The position numbers and the translations under genes were made by a program. This document shows, piece by piece, positions 9,525 through 17,130 of a DNA stretch of 53,669 nucleotides (the first letter of the stretch is position 1; each line of letters opens with the position of its first letter). Source of the stretch: an uncultured Solibacteraceae bacterium (lineage in GTDB: Bacteria; Acidobacteriota; Terriglobia; 20CM-2-55-15). The notes beneath the pieces were generated by a model. It made no database searches. It was not told where the DNA came from and saw only the letters and a program-made list of their open reading frames with translations. The stretch is from assembly GCA_964584435.1 (NCBI GenBank), contig CAZOZZ010000004.1, positions 1-53,669 on the forward strand, read 5' to 3'.

Positions 9525-10367
9525 TCACAATGCCAGAGACGGTATCCCCAGAACGGGACACGTGGCGGCACGAATAACACGTTCGGCCGTCGCCCCCACC
9601 AGAGCCCGCTCCAGCATTCCCTTGCCGTGAATGTTCATCACGACCAGGTCCACGCTCTCGGCGTCTATGACATCCAGAATCTTGCGGTACGGGTCGCCTT
9701 TCTCAACCCGGCATGCCAGGTTCGAGGCGTCAGGGGGAACAAGACCGTTGAGCTGTACCATGATCGCTTCACGATCGACCTCCTGGGAATGGCTGGTCAC
9801 ATGCAGAAGGGTAACGGTCGCCGATGAGCCTTCCGACATAGACCGCGCATAGGAAATCGGCACCTCGGTTCCGCCGGAGAAATCCGTGGTCACCAGAACG
9901 TTTCGGACGTGCTCGAGCGGTCGAGAGCCATCGCCGACATCGGAGGTTGTCAGGATCGGGACCGACGAGCGCCGTAACATCCGTTCGGTCACCGAGCCGA
10001 GGAACCATCGTTCGAACCCCCTGCGGCCGTGAGTTCCCATCACAACGAGATCTGCTCCAACGGAAGCGACTGCGGAGTTGATCTCGCGCTCGATCTCTCC
10101 CGCTCTCAGGGACGTTTCGACACGGACACCCGTAGACGTCGTTTCCTTCTCCAACTTCGCCATCTCCCGTACAGCCGCAACTTCGCGAGCCTCGTGGGAA
10201 GGCGCCTCCAGCGAAGCGGCATAAGTGGTAGATACTGGAATCGGAACAACGTGCAGGATGTGGAGCAGAGCGCCGTATTTCCGCGATACAGATGCGGCAT
10301 ACTTGAGCGCTGTTCTCGAACCCGGGAAAAAGTCAACAGGGCAAAGAACGTTATTAATCAGAGTCAT
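9525..10367 (-). CDS. Universal stress protein (tandem UspA domains)
   Basis: 280 aa with two Usp repeats, each ending in a G-x2-G-x9-G-S motif (VMGTHGRRGFERWFLGSVTERMLR and VMNIHGKGMLERALVGATAERVIR). AGGAGG precedes the ATG. Confidence 0.85.
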   Translation of the reverse strand: MTLINNVLCPVDFFPGSRTALKYAASVSRKYGALLHILHVVPIPVSTTYAASLEAPSHEAREVAAVREMAKLEKETTSTGVRVETSLRAGEIEREINSAVASVGADLVVMGTHGRRGFERWFLGSVTERMLRRSSVPILTTSDVGDGSRPLEHVRNVLVTTDFSGGTEVPISYARSMSEGSSATVTLLHVTSHSQEVDREAIMVQLNGLVPPDASNLACRVEKGDPYRKILDVIDAESVDLVVMNIHGKGMLERALVGATAERVIRAATCPVLGIPSLAL

Positions 10368-10480
10368 TTTTGCCTCCTACGAATAATTGCAGGTGACACC
10401 TTCATTGTAGCGCGTGACACGACCGCGGGCGAGCAAAGACCGGCACACTCATACGACCGAAGATAACCGGAAGAAAAGAG

Positions 10481-10569
10481 TTCAACACGAAGACACGAAG
10501 GCAACGAAGACACACGAAGAAGAACTATTATCTTTTCCTCCTTCGTGATCTTCGTGTCTTCGTGTTGAA
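10481..10569. repeat. Composite palindromic intergenic element, 'ACGAAGAC' variant
   Basis: Terminal inverted arms TTCAACACGAAGACACGAAG (10481-10500) and CTTCGTGTCTTCGTGTTGAA (10550-10569). The arms are internally iterated (ACGAAGAC / ACGAAGG). It sits between the oadB stop and the usp start. Confidence 0.6.
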
Positions 10570-10592
10570 AACAATGTCGCGGGTTCGGGGTG

Positions 10593-11729
10593 TCAGCCGA
10601 GGACGGCCAACAGGAAGCCTGCGGCGACGGCGGAACCGATGACGCCCGCGACATTCGGGCCCATGGCGTGCATCAGTAGATGGTTGTGGTGGTTGGACTC
10701 AAGGCCAACCTTGTTGACGACACGGGCAGCCATCGGGACCGCCGACACACCCGCCGCACCGATCAGAGGATTCACCCTGCCCGCGGTCAACCGATGCATG
10801 GCTTTTCCCATCAGGGCACCCGACGCGGTCCCGACGGCAAAGGCGATGAGGCCGATCGAAAGAATCCCGATGGTCTCCGCGGTCAGGAACTCTTCGGAAT
10901 GCAGTTTGGAACCCACCGCCAGACCGAGGAAAATCGTCACGGTGTTGATGATCTCGTTCTGCGTCGACTTCGTCAAACGGTCCACCACCCCACTCTCTTT
11001 CAGCAGATTACCAAAGACGAGCATGCCGATCAGGGGTGAAGCGGTCGGCAGCAGGACGACGACCAGGAAAAGGACCGTGAACGGAAAAAGGATGCGTTCC
11101 AGCCGTGACACGGGCCGCAGTTGCTGCATCACGACCGATCGTTCCGACTCGGTAGTCAGCAGCCTCATGATCGGCGGCTGAATTATCGGAACCAGCGCCA
11201 TGTACGAGTACGCGGCCACCGCGATTGCGCCAAGCAAGGTCGGGCTCAACCGGGACGCCAGAAAGATTGCGGTTGGGCCGTCCGCGCCTCCGATGATGCC
11301 AATCGCAGCAGCATCCGTAAGAGAAAACTCCAGGCCCGGAATCACGTTCATCGCCAGGGCACCGAGCAAGGTTGTGAAGATGCCGAACTGCGCCGCCGCT
11401 CCGAGCAACAGTGTCGGCGGGTTGGCAATGAGCGCACCAAAGTCCGTGTGCGCACCTATCCCCATGAAGATCAATAAGGGAAACACTCCGGTCTCGACAC
11501 CGACCGAATACAGTTGCCCCAGCAGACCCCCGGGTCCACTGATTCCGGCGACGGGAATGTTGCTGAGGATCGCACCGAATCCGATTGGGATCAGCAGGAG
11601 CGGTTCGAACTTCTTCGCGATCGCAAGATAGATCAAGACTCCACCAACTCCGATCATCACGATCTGACCCAACTCGAAATGAGCGAGACCGGTCGTGCCC
11701 CACAGTTTTGAAAGAAGGCTTGTGTCCAC
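10593..11729 (-). CDS. oadB: Na+-translocating decarboxylase beta subunit (oxaloacetate decarboxylase beta chain)
   Basis: A 378-aa integral membrane protein with typical OadB/GcdB/MmdB blocks ([39 protein letters not shown]). GTG start 8 nt after the oadA stop. Confidence 0.9.
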   Translation of the reverse strand: MDTSLLSKLWGTTGLAHFELGQIVMIGVGGVLIYLAIAKKFEPLLLIPIGFGAILSNIPVAGISGPGGLLGQLYSVGVETGVFPLLIFMGIGAHTDFGALIANPPTLLLGAAAQFGIFTTLLGALAMNVIPGLEFSLTDAAAIGIIGGADGPTAIFLASRLSPTLLGAIAVAAYSYMALVPIIQPPIMRLLTTESERSVVMQQLRPVSRLERILFPFTVLFLVVVLLPTASPLIGMLVFGNLLKESGVVDRLTKSTQNEIINTVTIFLGLAVGSKLHSEEFLTAETIGILSIGLIAFAVGTASGALMGKAMHRLTAGRVNPLIGAAGVSAVPMAARVVNKVGLESNHHNHLLMHAMGPNVAGVIGSAVAAGFLLAVLG

Positions 11730-11737
11730 GCTGTTAC

Positions 11738-13561
11738 TCAGGCGAGGTAGAGAAGGGCGGCCCCGTTCTGGACCGAATCACCTTCGCGGACGGGTATGGA
11801 AGCCACACGGCCCGCACGCGCGGCGCGAACCTCGGTCTCCATCTTCATGGCTTCAAGAATGAGGACGACGTCTCCGGACTGGACCTGCTGGCCCTCCTGA
11901 ACTTCGACGCGGAAGACTGTTCCTGTCAGAGGTGACGCCAGCGGCTCTCCCTGGACGACCGGTGTTGGCGCTGCCGGGGCGGGTGATGGAGCAGCAGGCT
12001 GGACGGAAGTAACCGTTCCTTCCGGTGCGACTTCAACCTCATAATTGTTGCCGTTGACGGACACGCGATAACGCGCGGGATGGCTCGTAACAGGCGGCCC
12101 GGAAGAGCCGTTGGATCCGCTTTCGGCGGGTGAAACGCCGGCCGGAGACGCCGGCGTAATCGTCTCGGTTTCCAACCAGGGAAGGGGCTCGAAGGCGTCT
12201 GGATCGTCCCTGTTCTTCAAGAAACGTAGACCGACTTGCGGGAAGAGCGCGTAGATCAGAACGTCCTCGATCGGATTGGCGGCTCGGCGAATGCCCTCTT
12301 CGGCGGCAATGCGGTCCAGTTCTCCTCCGAGGCGGTCGATCTCCGGAGAGATCAGGTCCGCCGGACGACAGGTGACCGGATTGTCTCCGTTCAGCACGCG
12401 TTTGGCGAGGGCTGCATTCACGGGCGCGGGTGTACGCCCGTACTCCCCCTTGAGAAGCGCGGACGTTTCCCTTGTGATGCTCCCGTAGCGCTCGCCGCCG
12501 AGAATGTTAACGATAGATTGCGTCCCCACGATCTGGGACGTGGGCGTGACGAGAGGAACCAGACCCAGGTCTTCCCGAACCCGCGGCATCTCCTCGAGCA
12601 CCTCATCGATTCGGTCGGTAGCATCCTGTTGGCAGAGCTGATTCTCCATGTTCGTCAACATGCCGCCCGGAACCTGTGCGATCAGGATCCGCGAATCCAC
12701 ACCGCGGAGCGAGCCTTCAAACTTGGCATACTTCTTGCGGACCTCGCGGAAATAACCCGCAATTTCCTCGAGCGACCTCAGGTCGAGGCCAGTGTCACGG
12801 TCGGTATCCTGAAGGATACCGACCAGCGATTCGGTCGCCGGATGTCCGTAGGTGTGGCTCATCGAAGAGATCGCGGTGTCGGCGATGTCCAGCCCCGCTT
12901 CGATCGACTTGACGAGCGCTGAGGTACTCATCCCCGTGGTGGCGTGACAGTGCATGGCAATCGGAACCGACACCGACTCCTTGAGCCGGGACACAATCTC
13001 GAATGCGACATACGGCTTCAGCAAACCGGCCATGTCCTTAATACAAATGGAGTGACAACCCATATCTTCGAGTTGCTTCCCCATGTCAACCCACATGTCG
13101 GCGGTGTGGACCGGGCTGATGGTATAGGAAATCGTTCCCTGAGCATGCTTGCCGACCTTGAGAGTCGCCGACACTGCCTCCTGGAGGTTCCTTATGTCGT
13201 TCATCGCATCGAAGATGCGGAAGACATCCATACCGTTGTCGGCAGCCGTCTCGACGAAAGCGTCCACGACGTCGTCCGCGTAATGCCGGTAGCCCAGGAT
13301 GTTCTGACCACGCAGCAACATCTGCATTCTGGTATTGGGCATCGCCTTTCGGAAAAGGCGCAGCCGCTCCCAGGGGTCTTCTCCCAGAAAACGAATACAG
13401 GCATCGAACGTTGCCCCGCCCCATACTTCGGCCGACCACAGGCCGACTTTGTCCAGCCTGTCGCAGACGGGAAGCATGTCGTCGATCCGCATGCGGGTCG
13501 CCAGCAGCGACTGGGGAGCGTCCCGAAGGACGACATCCGTAATGCCTAAAGGGTTCTTCAT
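11738..13561 (-). CDS. oadA: Oxaloacetate decarboxylase alpha subunit (carboxyltransferase plus biotinyl domain)
   Basis: The N-terminal pyruvate carboxyltransferase/HMGL-like TIM barrel begins [14 protein letters not shown] Pro/Ala-rich linker leads to a C-terminal biotin attachment motif (LEAMKME). Confidence 0.9.
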   Translation of the reverse strand: MKNPLGITDVVLRDAPQSLLATRMRIDDMLPVCDRLDKVGLWSAEVWGGATFDACIRFLGEDPWERLRLFRKAMPNTRMQMLLRGQNILGYRHYADDVVDAFVETAADNGMDVFRIFDAMNDIRNLQEAVSATLKVGKHAQGTISYTISPVHTADMWVDMGKQLEDMGCHSICIKDMAGLLKPYVAFEIVSRLKESVSVPIAMHCHATTGMSTSALVKSIEAGLDIADTAISSMSHTYGHPATESLVGILQDTDRDTGLDLRSLEEIAGYFREVRKKYAKFEGSLRGVDSRILIAQVPGGMLTNMENQLCQQDATDRIDEVLEEMPRVREDLGLVPLVTPTSQIVGTQSIVNILGGERYGSITRETSALLKGEYGRTPAPVNAALAKRVLNGDNPVTCRPADLISPEIDRLGGELDRIAAEEGIRRAANPIEDVLIYALFPQVGLRFLKNRDDPDAFEPLPWLETETITPASPAGVSPAESGSNGSSGPPVTSHPARYRVSVNGNNYEVEVAPEGTVTSVQPAAPSPAPAAPTPVVQGEPLASPLTGTVFRVEVQEGQQVQSGDVVLILEAMKMETEVRAARAGRVASIPVREGDSVQNGAALLYLA

Positions 13562-13818
13562 TCTCTCTCCCTCGGCGGCTGCTGTTTGCGACTGCCCACT
13601 CCCGCCCGATGAGCATGAATCGATGCGGTAATCGCTGCGATCAACTCCGGGTCATTGCCGACGAACGGGGGAGGGGCAGGCTCCATCACCGGCTCGGGAA
13701 ACATGGCTGCCAGTCGGGACATTACCTTGATCGCCAGGACCAGCAGACCCAGCAGCGAAAACACGACGCCCATTCCCACCAGCATGAGCTCGATTCCCTG
13801 TCTCAGTAGATCTTCCAT
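13558..13818 (-). CDS. oadG: Oxaloacetate decarboxylase gamma subunit
   Basis: The internal Met gives [30 protein letters not shown]..., an OAD_gamma-type single transmembrane helix. Its stop overlaps the oadA start (ATGA). Confidence 0.7.
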   Translation of the reverse strand: MEDLLRQGIELMLVGMGVVFSLLGLLVLAIKVMSRLAAMFPEPVMEPAPPPFVGNDPELIAAITASIHAHRAGVGSRKQQPPRERE

Positions 13819-14089
13819 CTCTAGCGTGCCCGCACAGACACACCTGCGCGAGGCTTGACAGGAGTGTTTCCTTTCGAATTTGTCGGGAAGGCACATATTA
13901 GCACAAGCAAGGTACAAGTCATCGATAACTGCCTTTACTCAAAGGATTCTCCGAACGCGCAAGAACTCCCAAAAAAAACCGCCTGGACGCAACAACGGGC
14001 AACCCCATCCACTTCTGAATGAAGTTGCCCGTCGTACCGAACAGACAAAGCATACCCGGCCGGAACTCGCCGGATACCCCTTATCGAAA

Positions 14090-15274
14090 CTAGACCCAGC
14101 TGATGCTCTTGTACTCCGGAACACCCGTCACGTGGTCCTTGAACATATGGCCACGGACATGGCCCTTGGCCATGGTTTTTTCCGCACCCATCATCCAGGC
14201 CAGCGTGGGAGCCATATCCATACGGTTGACTATATCCTTAATCTTGGCGCCCTCCTTGAAGTCCGGACCGTACCAGACACTGGCAGGCCGGTGCGCGTAG
14301 TAGTAACCGTCAGAGTGATGGATCTCGCCATACAGGTTCACCTCGTCATCACGTCCGGTTTCCGGCCGGATGACGATTGCGGTGTTCGTGCTGAAATACG
14401 GATCGTTCCGTACGAAGTCGTAGATCTGGCCGATCATTTCGTCGGTCGACTTTGCGACATCGGAATAATCCAGGTAGCCCGTTTCATCCCGCAGATACCC
14501 ACCGGCACCGTGTCCGGTGTCGTGCGCAACCATCTGCACGGCAATGATCCGCGGCTTGAACTCCTGTAGAACATGGGGCACCAATGCCAGCGCATGGCCT
14601 TCCTGCATGTGCGGTGTGCGGTCCGGATACGGGATCTCGAGCTTCGGCTCCCAGCTTCTTTTTTCGAGGACACCGCCAACGAAGCCTTCGATCTGTTTCA
14701 ACTCCTCGGAGTTCAAACCCATGTCGGCTGTGAACTGCTGCTTGACGATATCGGCCGGTGACATGTCCTGGCCGTCAAAGAATGCATCGTGCGCCTGGAG
14801 ACTGGCTCCCCGGCTCTCGACTCCGAAGTCCGGATGCGACGTGTAGTACTTCCGATGGAAGCGCCACTGACGATAATAAGACACCGGGTTGACGTACCAG
14901 TAGTTGCTCGCCTTGTCGCCGTTCGCCTTTCGGGCGTAATGCATGAAGGTCGGGAACATCGGTTGATCGCTGGAAACATCCAGTCCTGTGAGGTACTCGG
15001 TAAACATGTAGCCGTGGTTGGAGACATGCGTTCCGTGATCCTCTTCGAACACTGCCGACTTCTCCAGCAACGGACGGATCTTAACGGCGATGTCGTCGCG
15101 TTCGTAGTACTCCATCTTCCGCGCACCGTTGCCGTTCATAATCAGGATGATGTGTTTGGTCTTGAGGCCATGATCGGAGCCACCCTGCGCCCACGCCTCG
15201 GGACCAAGTTTTCCCATAGCCGCCAGACCGACACCGGCGCTGCCTACACCTTTTAGAAATCCACGTCTATTCAT
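14090..15274 (-). CDS. Tat-exported alkaline-phosphatase-superfamily metalloenzyme (NPP/phosphodiesterase-like, family not assigned)
   Basis: Twin-arginine signal MNRRGFLKGVGSAGVGLAA. By-eye matches to NPP-type motifs include GTHVSNHGYMFTEYLTG (compare PTxTFPNH...TG), AHDTGHGAGGY (compare DxxGHxxGP) and GEIHHSDG. AAGGAG precedes the ATG. Confidence 0.5.
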   Translation of the reverse strand: MNRRGFLKGVGSAGVGLAAMGKLGPEAWAQGGSDHGLKTKHIILIMNGNGARKMEYYERDDIAVKIRPLLEKSAVFEEDHGTHVSNHGYMFTEYLTGLDVSSDQPMFPTFMHYARKANGDKASNYWYVNPVSYYRQWRFHRKYYTSHPDFGVESRGASLQAHDAFFDGQDMSPADIVKQQFTADMGLNSEELKQIEGFVGGVLEKRSWEPKLEIPYPDRTPHMQEGHALALVPHVLQEFKPRIIAVQMVAHDTGHGAGGYLRDETGYLDYSDVAKSTDEMIGQIYDFVRNDPYFSTNTAIVIRPETGRDDEVNLYGEIHHSDGYYYAHRPASVWYGPDFKEGAKIKDIVNRMDMAPTLAWMMGAEKTMAKGHVRGHMFKDHVTGVPEYKSISWV

Positions 15275-15344
15275 GATTTCTCCTTACTTCTTCGAGCCTT
15301 GTTGTTGCGAATAATTAATCAGCTATAAGAACTAACTCCGCTTC

Positions 15345-16928
15345 CTATGGAACGTGGCAATTCAAGCAGGCGCCACGCGGCGGATGCGGTGGAATCATAT
15401 CGGTTCGCCGGAGAGTCGGAACCGTGCCGGATCCGGACCTGCGTACGCGGTCCGTGTAGCCGGTGTTCCCAAAAGCTCCGTCTTCCAGATCGGATTCAGA
15501 GAACAACACCTGAACCGTCTCTATCTCTACGTAGTCCCTGGAGATCATGTCCATGTAGTTGTTGGCCAGGTCCCGGGCAATGACACGCTTAACGGTCCAC
15601 CAGCCAGGTTCATCCAACGGGTGGGTCGTGAACGTGCCTTCGTAGATGTTTTCCTGAACATCGTAGGCTGGTTTGATCAAGACATCCGGCTTCGCCTTCG
15701 GTGTTAAGGACACCCGGCGCTTGTCGATCGAGTTCGGGCTGTGGATCGTTACCGTGATGTTGTCCACGCCTGAAAGGTTATCCGTTATGACGGCTCTCAG
15801 CGTGACGCCTTCTCCGGGCTGGGCAGAACGCTTGTCGATCGAAAGCGTGATCAACTGGGGAGGCGTAAGGTCTTCCCTGTCCGCGATTATGCTGATCCGC
15901 TGTTCTCCGAGCGCCTCGTTGCTGTTCGGAAACGCGGTTCTCTGGTTTCGAGCCCGGTCCCGCAGGCGAATGCGTGCCACCCGGTACTCGCCGCCTTCAT
16001 AGTAGGGGTTCAAACGAAAGTACCCGACCATCGCATTCGGATGGTTTTCCTGGTCGAGAAGCGGGCTCAACACGATATCGCTATAGAGGTTGCGTTCCGG
16101 AGAAGCCAGGGTGACGGTTACCTCGTCCACACCGGAACCCGCATCTTCAACCTCCGCATAGACCGGGATCAGGTCGGTGATCTTCGCCTGAAGCGGTTGT
16201 TGCGGCCTGGAGCCGTCGAGCGAGCCCAGGACGAACTTCGTCAGAGCCGGCGGCGTCAGGTCATAGTTCGGATTGTCCTCAACCTCGAAGGAAAGCGAGT
16301 TCCGATCCATCACAGGATGGTAATCCGACCGGAAGGACTTTCCGTGACCGAGTTGGTTGTTGAGGTTCTGGATCGCGAGTGGGAAATAGGTCCCACCTGG
16401 ATTCCACTCGGGAACCGTGCCGACAGCTTCCCAGGTCTCCCAGAGCATACCGTCGTCTCTTTCCTCGGTGCTCAGGGCCCTGGCCATTCGGAGAGTCATC
16501 CGCGTGTCGCGGCCATCGATACCCTCGTACATCATGGAATTGGGGTTCACCGGCACCCTGCTTCGAATCAGAATCCGAACCTTGACGGTGTCGCCGATCT
16601 TGACCTGCTTTGGAGTCAGCAACTCCATTTCCATGATCTGCGGCGAAATGTGGTAGCCCCTCAGGTTGGCAGCATCCACCCTGCGATCGGCGTTGGACAT
16701 AAATTCGTCGGGAATCCATTCCGACTCCGGCCTCTCGTCAAAGTAAAACTCCATGAGGTTTGGAGCCTTGGCGATCTTGCCTGTGCTGTGCCCGGTGTTA
16801 AGAATGTCGGCTTGCTCGACGCGGTTCGTCAGCGGCACTTTCTGCTGCTGGGCCACGATCGGCATTGCGATCACCACGGCGACCAACAACACGAGCGCTA
16901 CGTGCCATGGGGTACGACCAGATTTCAT
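15345..16928 (-). CDS. Secreted protein with three tandem beta-sandwich (Ig-like) repeats and a C-terminal CXXCH motif (527 aa)
   Basis: ATG at 16928 after AGGAGG. The signal or anchor is MKSGRTPWHVALVLLVAVVIAMPIVAQ. Repeats begin DLTPPALTKF... and DLTPPQLITL..., each with a ...D.(L/A)SGVD.(I/V)TVT... pattern. The protein ends ...PPHPPRGACLNCHVP. Confidence 0.6.
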   Translation of the reverse strand: MKSGRTPWHVALVLLVAVVIAMPIVAQQQKVPLTNRVEQADILNTGHSTGKIAKAPNLMEFYFDERPESEWIPDEFMSNADRRVDAANLRGYHISPQIMEMELLTPKQVKIGDTVKVRILIRSRVPVNPNSMMYEGIDGRDTRMTLRMARALSTEERDDGMLWETWEAVGTVPEWNPGGTYFPLAIQNLNNQLGHGKSFRSDYHPVMDRNSLSFEVEDNPNYDLTPPALTKFVLGSLDGSRPQQPLQAKITDLIPVYAEVEDAGSGVDEVTVTLASPERNLYSDIVLSPLLDQENHPNAMVGYFRLNPYYEGGEYRVARIRLRDRARNQRTAFPNSNEALGEQRISIIADREDLTPPQLITLSIDKRSAQPGEGVTLRAVITDNLSGVDNITVTIHSPNSIDKRRVSLTPKAKPDVLIKPAYDVQENIYEGTFTTHPLDEPGWWTVKRVIARDLANNYMDMISRDYVEIETVQVLFSESDLEDGAFGNTGYTDRVRRSGSGTVPTLRRTDMIPPHPPRGACLNCHVP

Positions 16929-17130
16929 AGGATTCCTCCTGGGTCCGTCTAAAAGAACAGTCTGACCATTAAAGGCCAATTATACGAGCGTAAGTATATC
17001 CCAAGAACGGACTGAACACAGGCAAAATGGGAAAGAAAATCGATGTGGAAATCAGGCGTCTCGGACGAGTCGAAGCCCCAATTTGGAATGCTCACAACCT
17101 ATTGAAACGCTGGACCTTACAGAAAGATAA

